Of a stretch of DNA of 64,000 nucleotides, positions 30,993 to 40,889 are shown piece after piece (position 1 is the stretch's first letter; each line of letters starts with the position of its first letter). Below the pieces are notes generated by a model. That model was not told where the DNA came from. It did no database searches and saw nothing but the letters and a program-made list of their open reading frames with translations. Source of the DNA: an uncultured archaeon (GTDB lineage: Archaea; Thermoproteota; Nitrososphaeria; Nitrososphaerales; Gagatemarchaeaceae); NCBI GenBank assembly GCA_963799775.1, contig CAWCYD010000003.1, positions 736,001 through 800,000 on the forward strand, read 5' to 3'. A program made the translations under genes and the position numbers.

Positions 30993-31961
30993 TCAAGATT
31001 GAGGCCGGCACGCGCCGCCGCCCGCGACCCTGAGGCTCTTCCCGTTCAGGTCGACCACCCCTACCCTCATCCCGTCCCAGACGGGCGCACCAGACGGGAG
31101 CGCGGCGGAGAAGGTCGTGCCAGCCTCCGCCTTTAGCTTGCAGGTGAGCATCTCTCCCGGGAGCTGCAGGTGCATGTCCCTGCCGTCGATGGCCTGCTTG
31201 TAGAACCTGCTCTGCTGGAGCTCGAAGGTCACCTTGTCCCGCACCTGGAAGCTCCCGTCGTCCATCCAGGAGACCTTGTCGAGGTCCTTCAGCTCCACGC
31301 CCTTGAGTGAGAGGCCCACGCGGAGGCCCCGGCCGACGGTGTCCTGGTCTTCGTCGCTTACCTGGATGCCCCTCACCTCCGCCCGCTTCCCATCGGCGCT
31401 CGGGACGAGCCTGAGCTGGTCATGGACGCTCACGTTGCCGCCCAGGACGAAGCCAAGGACGACCACGCCGACGCCCTTGACGCTGAAGGCCCTGTCGATG
31501 TAGATGAGCGTCCCGGTGGGAGGGACGTTGGGGCCTGTCTTGATTAGCGAGAGGTCGATCACTGAGGACTGGGAGCTGCGCGCACTCGCCTTGAAGCCCT
31601 CAAGCCGCGTCCCCTTGAAGTATGACCCTATCCCCGTAGGTGGCTCCTCGTCGACTGCGAAGATCTCGCCCTCGAGGCCGAGCGAGTCGATTATCACAGC
31701 TAGCTCGCCGTCGGGCGGGGAGATCTTCCCGAACTTCGGCAGCACGTAGAAGGCGCGGTCCGAGATCGAGGCGATCCTCGAGTATCCCTGCACCTTGTCC
31801 GGAAACTGCGAGTCGTCGAGGAAAGAGTAGTTCACGCCCGCCTCCACCCTGCGGTGGACGACGACCGCGCCCTCGGCCTCGCTCTTCTTCGTTATCGGGC
31901 CGAGGAGTGCGCCCTTCGCGCCGGCGTCGGTGCCGAAGACTCCGACTATCTTCCCTTCCAA
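30993..31961 (-). CDS. SelB-like / EF-Tu domain II protein with degenerate G domain
   Basis: IDRAFSVKGVGVVVLG, VRGIQ, G.RVGLSLKG; no intact GxxxxGK. Confidence 0.75.
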   Translation of the reverse strand: MEGKIVGVFGTDAGAKGALLGPITKKSEAEGAVVVHRRVEAGVNYSFLDDSQFPDKVQGYSRIASISDRAFYVLPKFGKISPPDGELAVIIDSLGLEGEIFAVDEEPPTGIGSYFKGTRLEGFKASARSSQSSVIDLSLIKTGPNVPPTGTLIYIDRAFSVKGVGVVVLGFVLGGNVSVHDQLRLVPSADGKRAEVRGIQVSDEDQDTVGRGLRVGLSLKGVELKDLDKVSWMDDGSFQVRDKVTFELQQSRFYKQAIDGRDMHLQLPGEMLTCKLKAEAGTTFSAALPSGAPVWDGMRVGVVDLNGKSLRVAGGGACRPQS

Positions 31962-31986
31962 GTCCTTGTCCTCGCGCTGATCGGAA

Positions 31987-32064
31987 TGGTGCCCCGGCCG
32001 GGATTTGAACCCAGGTCGCTACCTCGAGAGGGTAACATGCTTGACCGGACTACACTACCGGGGC
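31987..32064 (-). tRNA. tRNA-Glu(CTC), CCA encoded
   Basis: GCCCCGG..TTACC CT CTC GA GGTAG..GGTTCAAATCC CCGGGGC ACCA cloverleaf. Confidence 0.96.
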
Positions 32065-32109
32065 CCATGCAAGCGCCCCCATTGAAACCTGATTAAAAGC
32101 TGGTTTATG

Positions 32110-32334
32110 CTACTGGGTCTTGAGGACGGCCTTGGCCGCGAGCTTTACGTCCGAGGGCTTTACCGTCTTCCTCCCTGCGTGCTTCGCGAACTCCGTCGCC
32201 TGCCGGGCGATCTGGAGGCCGACGTCTTCTAAGACCACCCGAAGTTCGATCGCGGCGTCGTCGCCGACGCGCTCGGCTCCGGCCTTCTTGATGAGCCGGT
32301 ATACAGCTGCCAGACCGAACTCAGACTCGGACAT
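32110..32334 (-). CDS. Archaeal histone (HMf family)
   Basis: [25 protein letters not shown]. Confidence 0.95.
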   Translation of the reverse strand: MSESEFGLAAVYRLIKKAGAERVGDDAAIELRVVLEDVGLQIARQATEFAKHAGRKTVKPSDVKLAAKAVLKTQ

Positions 32335-32537
32335 GCTGACTATTTCGAGTGATGCGCGGTTAATTATTAAACGTTTGGGCTAAAATGTTTGCAACTTGGC
32401 TCTGTTCGCACTCTGTCGCGGTCTTCTTGCTGATTCGAAGCGTGGCGGCAGCAGAACGCGACTTTGGAGCCTAATACCACGAAATCGACCTTACAATGGA
32501 TATATCAGGCCTATGCGCCGTCTTAGGATGGTCTTCC

Positions 32538-33285
32538 GTGCCTAGCCTTTGGGATGTCCACGTCCACCTGCCTGCGTACCCGGATTGGCAGCCCGTGGTA
32601 AAGGACGCGTTGGAGAGGGATCTGGGGCTGGTCTCTGTCACCACGGCTCCGGACGAGTTCGCCTCCAGTCTGCTGATGCGGGAGTCCTACCCCTCCAACG
32701 TGAGGGCCTTCGTGGGTGTTCACCCCTCCGAGGCGACCAAGACAAGCCCCGGCAGTCTGGAGTCCCTCGCGCGGTTTTGGGAGTCTGCCGACGGTGTTGG
32801 AGAGGTGGGCTTGGACCCAAAGTACTCGGAGGTCTCGGAGCGGAGCACCCAGACGGTGCTCTTCCGCGCTCAGCTCGGGGTGGCGGCGAGGCTCGGCAAG
32901 CCGCTCCAAGTGCACTCCAGGGGGGCGGAGGTCGAGTGCCTGGACGTCATCGGCGGCTACTCGCTCGGGCCGGTTCTGATGCACTGGTTCGAGAAGGAGG
33001 AGCTCCTCGACAGGCGTCCTCTCGCGGGAGGATACGTTCGTCTCGTTCGGTCCGGCCTTGCTCTACTCGAAGAAGCTGCGCAGGATGGCGGCCAGGTGCC
33101 GCACCGACGCGGTGCTTGTCGAGAGCGACGGCCCCGTCTCGTTCGGCGCCCTCGAAGGGGCGATGGGGCCCGGGATGATCCCAAGCGTGGCCCTCAAGCT
33201 GGCCGAACTATGGGGAGAAGGCTTCGAGGCGGCGGTCGAACAGCTCTCCCTCAACGCCAAGGCGTTCCTGGGGCAGCAAGGTTAA
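32538..33285 (+). CDS. tatD: TatD family DNase (frameshifted)
   Basis: DVHVHL, GVHP, GEVGLD, VHSR, MHWF, VESDGP. Confidence 0.9.
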
Positions 33286-33315
33286 TCTCCCCCCTCGCGA
33301 GGGCTGCCTCGTTAA

Positions 33316-33576
33316 ATGGACAGGGTTCGCAGGCTTTCTCAGGAGATTCTCCAAAAGTATCCAGGCATGTTCGGGAGTGACTACACCGCGAACAAGGCGC
33401 AGCTGGCGAAGATTGCCACCGTCCACTCGAAGATGATAAGGAACAAGCTCGTAGGCAAGATAACAAAGGCGATGATCAGAGCGAGCGCAGAGAGCGAGCA
33501 GAAAGCAGCGGCTGCAGCGGCAGAGGTCCCCGGGCAGGCTGCCGAGGCTACCGAGCCTGCCGTCGAAGCTGCCTAG
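33316..33576 (+). CDS. rps17e: 30S ribosomal protein S17e
   Basis: F..DY..NK..SK..RNKLVG.IT. Confidence 0.92.
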   Translation: MDRVRRLSQEILQKYPGMFGSDYTANKAQLAKIATVHSKMIRNKLVGKITKAMIRASAESEQKAAAAAAEVPGQAAEATEPAVEAA

Positions 33577-33632
33577 TCCAGCCTCGGACAAGAAACGATA
33601 AAACGGCTCCCCCGTGGTTCGTGCCCTGGTCC

Positions 33633-33902
33633 ATGATCCGCGTGACCTTCATGGGGCACATCAAGGCCAGCATGGGCCGCGAGTGTATGGACATCGACAA
33701 GGCAGGGATGAGCGTCGAGGAGCTCTTCAGGTTCTTGCGGACTGAGAACCCCGCCGTGCAAGAGCAAAGGCACGGCTTCACGGAATACAACACGTTGGTG
33801 GTCGTGAACGACCAAGAGGCGCTCGCTGCCGCGTCCCGCAGGGACCTCAGGCTGAACGATGGTGACTCCGTCTTGCTTGTCCCGTTCTCCCATGGAGGAT
33901 GA
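33633..33902 (+). CDS. Ubiquitin-like MoaD/ThiS/SAMP protein
   Basis: Beta-grasp size; L.DGD.V.LVP.SHGG C-terminal diglycine. Confidence 0.88.
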   Translation: MIRVTFMGHIKASMGRECMDIDKAGMSVEELFRFLRTENPAVQEQRHGFTEYNTLVVVNDQEALAAASRRDLRLNDGDSVLLVPFSHGG

Positions 33903-34368
33903 GCTCCTGCGAGCCGCGGTGGTGAGGCCCTCATGCTCGTGCTGGGAGGTCAAGCTCCCGCCCGACGAGATCGAGCCCCTTCTCTTGAGGCTCAGGAAGA
34001 GGTTCCCGGGGTCGCTGATCCAGGTATTCGCCCACCTTGGAGCGCCGAACGCGAAGGCGGTCGAGTTGATCGCAGCCCAGACGCTGGCAGCGGAGGGGGC
34101 GGGCTCGACCCTAGCGGAGAAGCCTGAGGTCGACCTGCTGCTCCGGATCGCCTCGACCCGTCAGATAGGCGAGGCCTTCAAGCGCGCGGGATACAAGGGC
34201 GAGGGGAAGAGGCTCTTCATGGTGGTCGCCTCTCACGGAGCGGCCTCGAGGAAGCTGGAAGCCGAGTTGGCAAGGGACAAGCACTACGCCAAGACACCAG
34301 AGAGGGGGCTGACGGCAGAGGATCTGGACTGGGTGGAGAGAGCGGCTCTCCTCGCGGCAAGGCTCTAG
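33892..34368 (+). CDS. cgi121: KEOPS subunit Cgi121
   Basis: DLLLRIASTRQIGEAF..AG; C-terminal VERAALL. Confidence 0.8.
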   Translation: MEDELLRAAVVRPSCSCWEVKLPPDEIEPLLLRLRKRFPGSLIQVFAHLGAPNAKAVELIAAQTLAAEGAGSTLAEKPEVDLLLRIASTRQIGEAFKRAGYKGEGKRLFMVVASHGAASRKLEAELARDKHYAKTPERGLTAEDLDWVERAALLAARL

Positions 34369-34877
34369 GAAGAGCGTTTCAGCTTTGTTATGCTGAGGAT
34401 CTCGTCGGGCTTTACCACGGACATCGCGGTGTACTCCCCGAGCACCTCCACCTGGAGCACCTTGTCCGGCGTGCCCAGGTTGACCTTGCGGTCGACCACG
34501 CTCGCTATCGTGTCGATGAGCTCCTTCCTGGAGACGGGCGAGTCCCTCTCGGTGATGTCGATCCTGAACGACTCGCCATGAAGGATCTGAGGCGCGAGCT
34601 GGGTCGCGGCATCCTTGATCTGCTCGAGGTTGCTGTCCACCACGAGGTCCACCGGGATCATCCTCTGGATGAAGTGGACCCTGAAAGGCTCCGACCTGAC
34701 GTACTCCCGCATGAAGGCGATGAAGTCCCTGGAGTTCTCTATCTCTATCTCCAGGATCCCGTCGAACCCGGCCTTCTCGATGTGGAGCTTGCGATGGCCG
34801 CGCTGCAGGGCGATCTCCTTGAACTCGGCAGACGCCTTCGCCTCGCTCCCCTTTTGGGAAGTGAGAAGCAGATTCAC
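34365..34877 (-). CDS. THUMP domain protein
   Basis: SFRIDITER..KVNL..PDKVLQVEV. Confidence 0.88.
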   Translation of the reverse strand: MNLLLTSQKGSEAKASAEFKEIALQRGHRKLHIEKAGFDGILEIEIENSRDFIAFMREYVRSEPFRVHFIQRMIPVDLVVDSNLEQIKDAATQLAPQILHGESFRIDITERDSPVSRKELIDTIASVVDRKVNLGTPDKVLQVEVLGEYTAMSVVKPDEILSITKLKRSS

Positions 34878-35513
34878 GCCCTCAACTCACCCTCCTGAAT
34901 CCTGACCGAACCCTCCCTTAAAACCTCGACAGTCCGCGAAGAGACGCGGACGACGGTCGACTCCTTCCCCGCGAGCCTCCCGCCGTCGATCACGAGCTGG
35001 ATCTTCCCATCCATCGCCTCGATCACCTCTCCCGCCGTCCTGCAAGAAGGCCTTCCTGAGAGGTTCGCGCTCGTCCCGGTTATCGCCCCGCCCACCTCGG
35101 CCGCGAGCGAAGTGCATACCTCGCTGTCCGGGACCCTGACGCCGAGAAGGCCGCTGCCCTGGTCCAAGAGGCTGGACGGCATCCTGTCAGCGGATTGCTT
35201 CCTCAGAGGGGCGACTATGGTGAGCGCGCCTGGCCAACTGGGCCTCCGCCAACCTCCTCGCTGTGGGATTCAGCTCTACGATTCTCGCTGCGACCCCGAT
35301 GTCAGAGCACAGGACGGGGACCGGCTTTGAGCTCCTGCTCTTGGCCTCGAAGAGCGCCTGCACCGCCTTGTCGCTCCACGGGTCGCACGCTAGGCCGTAG
35401 ACCGTGTCTGTGGGGACGGCGACTATGCCGCCCGACCTGATGACATTCGCTGCCTCGCCGATGGCTCTCGGCCCGGCACGCATGCAGCTCAACGTCATGG
35501 TTTCGCCGGGCAT
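34874..35513 (-). CDS. Threonylcarbamoyl-AMP synthase (Sua5/YrdC/TsaC), frameshifted
   Basis: PTDTVYGL, K.R..KP, GVRVP, TSANLSG, STVV. Confidence 0.92.
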
Positions 35514-35613
35514 CAGGGTCAGCGTTTAAGGTGTTTGGCGGAAGCTTCCAGCATCAGGTCTGGTCGCGCCACAGGCAATCCTTAAATCCCCAACCAAAAC
35601 CGCCGTGCGCGAA

Positions 35614-35700
35614 ATGTCTTCTGAGGATGGGGAGCTAGAGGAGATGGACGACGACCTGGACGACAACGGATGGGAGTCCGAGTCGGAAGACGAGTCCTGA
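35614..35700 (+). CDS. 28-aa highly acidic microprotein
   Basis: MSSEDGELEEMDDDLDDNGWESESEDES; TATA-like CTTAAAT at 35581. Confidence 0.55.
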   Translation: MSSEDGELEEMDDDLDDNGWESESEDES

Positions 35701-35772
35701 GCGAGAGACAGTCTCGGACGTCCGTGACTCGGATTTATACCCACAGGGAACGGGGCCCACGGGCGTAAGCGG

Positions 35773-36447
35773 ATGCGCCCCCGTACCTTCATAGTGAACT
35801 TCAAGAACTACCCAGAGATACTTGGCGAGGGAGCCGTCAGGCTCGCAAAGGCGGCGGCTGGCCTGAGCTGGGAACTGGGGATAGACGTCGTCGTCGCCCC
35901 TCCGACCCCGATGCTGCACACGGTCGCCTCCACGGTCAAGATCCCTGTCTTTGCGCAAAAGGCGGACTTGGGAGAGCAGGGGAAGAGCACGGGCGCGACC
36001 ATACCAGAGTCGATCAAGGCGGCGGGGTGCGCGGGGTCCCTCATCAACCACAGCGAGTCGCGGCTCGACCTCGCCGTCGTCTCGATGACCGTAGAGAGGA
36101 TGAAGTCTCTCGGAATGAAGAGCTGCGTGTGTGCCGAGACCGCGCAGGAGGCGGTGAAGATCTCCGCGCTCGACCCCGAGTTCCTCGCGATAGAGCCTCC
36201 TGAGCTCATAGGGACGGGAAGGGCGGTGTCGAAGGCGAGGCCGGAGCTGCTGACGGAGACCGCGGACGCGGTCAAGGGAGCGGGATACAAGGGGAGTCTC
36301 CTCTGCGGGGCGGGGATAGTCTCCGGCGATGACGTCTCGGCGGCGATGAGGCTCGGGACGGAGGGCATCCTCGTGGCAAGCAGCGTAGTAAAGGCCCAGG
36401 ACTGGGCGGCGAAGCTCAGGGAACTGGGGACGGCCATGCACGTCTAG
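35773..36447 (+). CDS. tpiA: Triosephosphate isomerase (archaeal type)
   Basis: VNFKNY, INHSE, AIEPPELIGTG, CGAGI. Confidence 0.96.
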   Translation: MRPRTFIVNFKNYPEILGEGAVRLAKAAAGLSWELGIDVVVAPPTPMLHTVASTVKIPVFAQKADLGEQGKSTGATIPESIKAAGCAGSLINHSESRLDLAVVSMTVERMKSLGMKSCVCAETAQEAVKISALDPEFLAIEPPELIGTGRAVSKARPELLTETADAVKGAGYKGSLLCGAGIVSGDDVSAAMRLGTEGILVASSVVKAQDWAAKLRELGTAMHV

Positions 36448-36515
36448 TTGCGCACCAGGTCCGGAAACCTGTAAATACGCTCGGGCAATCGAGCGAATCG
36501 AAGGGATAGGGGAGC

Positions 36516-37820
36516 TTGGCACGAAGACCCGACGCTTTCGCGAACGCGCTCGAGCAGCTGAGAATCGCAGCAGAGTACCTCAGTCTGGACGACGGGATCC
36601 ATCGCTGGCTGAGCGAACCAAAGAAGGTGATCAGGGTGACGTTCCCGGTCAAGATGGACAACGGGAAGACGAAGGTGTTCAAGGGATACAGGGTCCAATA
36701 CAACGATGCGAGAGGCCCTTTCAAGGGCGGCATCAGGTACCACCCGCAGGTCTCCCTCAACGAGGTGAAGGCCCTGGCGGCGTGGATGACCTGGAAGTGC
36801 AGCATCGCCGACATCCCCTTCGGCGGCGCGAAGGGAGGGGTTGTGTGCGACCCGAAGAAGATGTCTCAGGGAGAGCTCGAGAGACTGACGCGAAGGTACA
36901 CATCCGCACTAGGGGACGCGATAGGCCCCGACGTCGACATCCCGGCGCCGGACGTTTACACGAACGCCCAGACCATGGCATGGATCCTCGACACCTACAG
37001 CCAGATGAAGGGGAGGATGGTGCCCGCCGTCGTGACAGGAAAACCTGTCTCCGTCGGGGGATCGCTGGGGCGAGACGCTGCGACGGGCAGAGGGGCGGCC
37101 ATATGCACCCGAGAGGCCGCGAGAGTGAAAAAGATGACCCTGAAGGGCGCATCGTTCGCCGTCCAGGGATACGGCAACGTCGGGTCGAACTACGCTGTGA
37201 TATTGGAAGAGATGGTCGGGGCCAAGATGGTCGCCGCGAGCGACTCGAAGGGAGGGATCTACAACAAAAAAGGGATGGACGCGAAGGCGGTCCTAGCCCA
37301 CAAGGAGAAGACGGGCAGCGTCGTGGGCTTCCCAGGGTCCACAGAAATCACGAACGAGGAGCTCCTGGAGACGGAGTGCGACGTCCTGTGCCCGGGGGCC
37401 TTTGAGAACGTCATCACAGAAGAGATTGCGAAGCGCGTTCGCGCCAGGATGGTAATCGAGGCCGCCAACGGGCCGACCACGCCCGAGGCAGACAAGGTAC
37501 TCGAGAAGAAGAAGGTCTTCCTCGTCCCAGACATCCTCGCCAACTCCGGAGGCGTGATGGTGAGCTACCTGGAGTGGGTCCAGGACCTTCAGAGGCTGAG
37601 GTGGACAGAGAAGGAGGTCAACGACATGCTCGAGAGCAAGATGACGGCGGCTTTCGCGCAGGTCCAAAAGGAGGCGACGTCTCGCGGCGTGTCGATGAGG
37701 ACAGGGGCGCTGGTCTTGGGCGTCGGCAGGGTCGCCGAAGCCGTCAAGACCCTGGGCATCTGGCCCTGCGGCCCTGGCCAGTCTCTTCAGAGACCGGAGA
37801 ACGAGTTCGCTATCTCGTAG
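36516..37820 (+). CDS. gdhA: Glutamate dehydrogenase (true end probably near 37770 after GIWP)
   Basis: GPFKGGIRYHP, GGAKGG, DIPAPDV, QGYGNVG, EAANGP. Confidence 0.96.
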   Translation: MARRPDAFANALEQLRIAAEYLSLDDGIHRWLSEPKKVIRVTFPVKMDNGKTKVFKGYRVQYNDARGPFKGGIRYHPQVSLNEVKALAAWMTWKCSIADIPFGGAKGGVVCDPKKMSQGELERLTRRYTSALGDAIGPDVDIPAPDVYTNAQTMAWILDTYSQMKGRMVPAVVTGKPVSVGGSLGRDAATGRGAAICTREAARVKKMTLKGASFAVQGYGNVGSNYAVILEEMVGAKMVAASDSKGGIYNKKGMDAKAVLAHKEKTGSVVGFPGSTEITNEELLETECDVLCPGAFENVITEEIAKRVRARMVIEAANGPTTPEADKVLEKKKVFLVPDILANSGGVMVSYLEWVQDLQRLRWTEKEVNDMLESKMTAAFAQVQKEATSRGVSMRTGALVLGVGRVAEAVKTLGIWPCGPGQSLQRPENEFAIS

Positions 37821-38812
37821 AGGTCTTCGTCGACGAGCTTCTGCGCGAGGGCGCCACCGATCTTGACGGGGACGACCTTGTTCCCCCTGAGGGCGACCAT
37901 CATACCGAAGCTCCGCTGCTTGACCATGTCGGCTGCCGCCACCCCGAACCTCGTGGCGAGGGCCCTGTCATAGGCGCTGGGGGCACCACCACGGACGACG
38001 TGGCCCAGCACCACTTCGCGAGTCTCGAGGCCAGTCCTCTTCTCTATCTCCTGCGCGATGAGCTGCCCCACCCCACCCAGGATGGGGTTGCCGAAGGCGT
38101 CGAGCGCGCCACCCTTCGTCACCTTGGTCCCTTTCGCCTTCGCACCCTCTGCGACCACCACCAGTGAGAACCTGTGGCCCTTCTTCCAGCGGGCCGTGAG
38201 GGTCTTGCAGACCTTGGCGATGTCGAAAGGCTTCTCGGGGATGAGGACGACGTGCGCGCCTGAGGCGATGCCTGCGTAGGCCGCGACCCAACCCGCGTCC
38301 CTTCCCATCACCTCGACCACTATCACCCTCTCGTGGGACATCCCCGTGGTCTTTACGCGGTCGATGCACTCCATCGCGACGTTGACCGCGGAGTCAAACC
38401 CGAAGGTAAAGTCGGTGCTGGATAGGTCGTTGTCCATCGTCTTCGGTACGCCTACGACGTCGATCCCCATCTTCGAGAGCTTGTACGCGACGCCAAGGGT
38501 GTCGTTGCCGCCGATTGCGACGAGGCAGTCGAGCCCGAGCTTCTTGATGCTCTGGACGACCTTCTCCGGTCCGCCGTCGATCTTGAACGGGTTCGTCCTC
38601 GACGTGAGGATGAACGTCCCGCCCACCCCGACGAGCTCGTCCACCTTGTCATAGCTCAGCTTGATCGCGGTCGGGCCCTCTGTCAGACCCTTCCACCCGC
38701 GCTCGATGCCTACAACCTCGAAACCGTAGGACTCTGCGCGCGCCACCAATCCGCGGATGGTCGCGTTGAGGCCCGCACAGTCGCCGCCGCCTGTCAAGAC
38801 TCCGATCTTCAT
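37787..38812 (-). CDS. pfkA: PfkA-family phosphofructokinase with PPi-dependent signature
   Basis: TGGGDCAGLNA, GGNDT, PKTMDND, EVMGR. Confidence 0.93.
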   Translation of the reverse strand: MKIGVLTGGGDCAGLNATIRGLVARAESYGFEVVGIERGWKGLTEGPTAIKLSYDKVDELVGVGGTFILTSRTNPFKIDGGPEKVVQSIKKLGLDCLVAIGGNDTLGVAYKLSKMGIDVVGVPKTMDNDLSSTDFTFGFDSAVNVAMECIDRVKTTGMSHERVIVVEVMGRDAGWVAAYAGIASGAHVVLIPEKPFDIAKVCKTLTARWKKGHRFSLVVVAEGAKAKGTKVTKGGALDAFGNPILGGVGQLIAQEIEKRTGLETREVVLGHVVRGGAPSAYDRALATRFGVAAADMVKQRSFGMMVALRGNKVVPVKIGGALAQKLVDEDLYEIANSFSGL

Positions 38813-38897
38813 GATTTTTCTTGCCGCCCGGAAGAGAGTGGTGGCGATATAATCTTAACATCCTTCGTTTGATTTATATGGACGGTCTCGGCCGCCG

Positions 38898-39698
38898 GTG
38901 ACAACAATGCCAGAAAGAAGAGATCTGGGCGCGCCGTTCCTGAAGAACGGACGATGCCTCATACTTGCGTATGACCAAGGGCTGGAGCACGGGCCGTCCG
39001 AGGACTTCAACGACCGCAACGTCGACCCCGGCTTCATCGTGGACACCGCGAACAAGGGCGGTTACACAGGGCTGGCACTCCAAAAGGGGACGGCCGAGAA
39101 GTACTACGACGGCAAGACGCCGCTGATACTGAAGCTGAACGGGAAGAGCGCCCTCACAAAGGCAGAGCCACTCTCAAGGCAGCATTGCTCGGTAAAGTAC
39201 GCTGAGCAGCTGGGCGCAAAGGGAGTCGGCTACACGATCTTCCTAGGGAGCGGGCACGAGGCGGAGATGATCCGCGAATGGGGTCACATCCAAGAAGAGG
39301 CCCACGAGAGGGGGATGGGAGCGATCCTTTGGGTGTACCCTAGAGGGACAGGCGTCCCGGCGGACACGAACCCAGACATCGTCGCGTACGCGGCCCGCGC
39401 GGGCCTCGAGTTCGGCGCAGACATTGTCAAGATAAAATACAGCGGCGACGCGAAGTCGTTCGCCTGGGCGGTGAAGGCAGCGGGAAAGGCCAAGGTAGTC
39501 ATGTCAGGCGGGCCAAAGACGCCCACCGATGAGGCGTTCGTGTCACAGGTCAGAGGAGTGATGGAGGCGGGAGGCGCAGGGCTCGCCGTGGGGAGGAACG
39601 TCTGGCAGCACCAAGACCCCCTCAAGATGTCTGAGCAGCTACGCAAGGTCATATTCGAGACAAAGGCGGTCCCGACGCTGACATCGGTCTCTCGCTGA
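38898..39698 (+). CDS. Class I (DhnA-type) fructose-bisphosphate aldolase
   Basis: AYDQGLEHGP, WVYPRG, GADIVKIKY, SGGPK, GRNVWQ. Confidence 0.93.
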   Translation: MTTMPERRDLGAPFLKNGRCLILAYDQGLEHGPSEDFNDRNVDPGFIVDTANKGGYTGLALQKGTAEKYYDGKTPLILKLNGKSALTKAEPLSRQHCSVKYAEQLGAKGVGYTIFLGSGHEAEMIREWGHIQEEAHERGMGAILWVYPRGTGVPADTNPDIVAYAARAGLEFGADIVKIKYSGDAKSFAWAVKAAGKAKVVMSGGPKTPTDEAFVSQVRGVMEAGGAGLAVGRNVWQHQDPLKMSEQLRKVIFETKAVPTLTSVSR

Positions 39699-39789
39699 GA
39701 GACCCCGAGCGGCGCTTGGGTCGGCAGGCCTGGACGAGGAACAAAGGGTTAAGTGTGATAGGCCCTCGAGTCGACCAAAAGTCACCCCC

Positions 39790-40158
39790 TTGAAGATATT
39801 CATCATAGACATCGACGGGACGATCTGCGAGCACATCCGGAACGAGGAGGGGATCGAGAAGATGAGGGTCGCAAAGGCCTACGCGGACGTCATCAAGGAG
39901 ATCAACAAGTGGTACGACGAGGGGAACTTCATCTGCTTCTTCACGGCGCGGACGACGGAGCACGAGCAGGTGACCAGGGATTGGCTAAAGGCGCACGGGG
40001 TGCTCTATCACCAGCTCATAATGAACAAGCCCCGGAAGCTGCCTCCCTACACCGAGTACCACTTCATCGACGACGCGCACGTCAAGGCGACCACCTTCAA
40101 GGGGAAGATCACCCCGTTCGTGAGGAAGAAGGTGGAGATAGAGGTCTTCGAGGAATAG
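39790..40158 (+). CDS. Minimal HAD-superfamily phosphatase
   Basis: DIDGT, FTAR, KP, IDD. Confidence 0.85.
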   Translation: MKIFIIDIDGTICEHIRNEEGIEKMRVAKAYADVIKEINKWYDEGNFICFFTARTTEHEQVTRDWLKAHGVLYHQLIMNKPRKLPPYTEYHFIDDAHVKATTFKGKITPFVRKKVEIEVFEE

Positions 40159-40218
40159 GAAAGCTGCCCCTCGTCATCCGGAGAGCGTTTATTAGTCAAA
40201 TGGCGAAAGCCGCAAGGC

Positions 40219-40527
40219 GTGTCCCTCCCTAAGCTCCAGACAAGCCTCGAGAAGCTAGAAGCACAGCTCGCAGAGATACACGCAGAGATGAAGAAGATCG
40301 GCGAGCAGATCCGCGCCAACAGGGGAGAGGCCAACACGAAACACGAGTCCTCGGTTCAGGACCAGCAGGCCAAGCACACGGCGGTGAGGAGCGACCTCAG
40401 CTCGATGAGGACAGACCTGAACTCGATGAGGACCGACGTCTCCGTGAAGATGAACTCTCTCGAGAAGAGGTTGATGGGCTTGGAAGAGAACCTGAAGAGC
40501 CTCGAGAAGAGCCTCAGGGAAGCCTAG
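40219..40527 (+). CDS. Coiled-coil hypothetical protein
   Basis: Heptad-like pattern throughout; internal MRTD repeat. Confidence 0.65.
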   Translation: MSLPKLQTSLEKLEAQLAEIHAEMKKIGEQIRANRGEANTKHESSVQDQQAKHTAVRSDLSSMRTDLNSMRTDVSVKMNSLEKRLMGLEENLKSLEKSLREA

Positions 40528-40564
40528 CGCCCGAGCCGTCCTCAGGGCGAAGGATTCGGTCTAG

Positions 40565-40831
40565 TCAGGTTCCGACGTAGGTCCATCGCGCCTCAACGGG
40601 TGTTAGGCACTCTACGGCGACGAAGCCGCATCCCAGGCAGATTGCCAGCACCTTGGGCACAAGAGAGAGGTTTTTCACGTAGTCCCAATCGAGTTCTCCG
40701 AGGTCGTCCGGGACTATCACCGGGGGGTTCTCCAGGAAATCGAGCCCGGTGCCGCAGTTCGGGCACCGCTTCCCGATGAGTGCGAGGGTCGAGCTAGGCT
40801 TGCTCCTCCCGACGGATTCCTCAGGGCCCAA
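40565..40831 (-). CDS. Small zinc-ribbon protein
   Basis: CPNCG..CLGCG. Confidence 0.6.
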   Translation of the reverse strand: MGPEESVGRSKPSSTLALIGKRCPNCGTGLDFLENPPVIVPDDLGELDWDYVKNLSLVPKVLAICLGCGFVAVECLTPVEARWTYVGT

Positions 40832-40889
40832 TTCGCTTCGCGCGCCTGGAGGAAAAAATGTGCGATTGAGATAAAAGACTTGCGCAGGT

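Noticed and set aside
30993-31961. Selenocysteine machinery
   Set aside because: G domain is degenerate, and no tRNA-Sec, SECIS element or in-frame UGA selenoprotein is seen in the window.
37765-37820. gdhA C-terminal extension overlapping pfkA
   Set aside because: Homologs typically end near GIWP; TGC here is probably a miscalled TGA.
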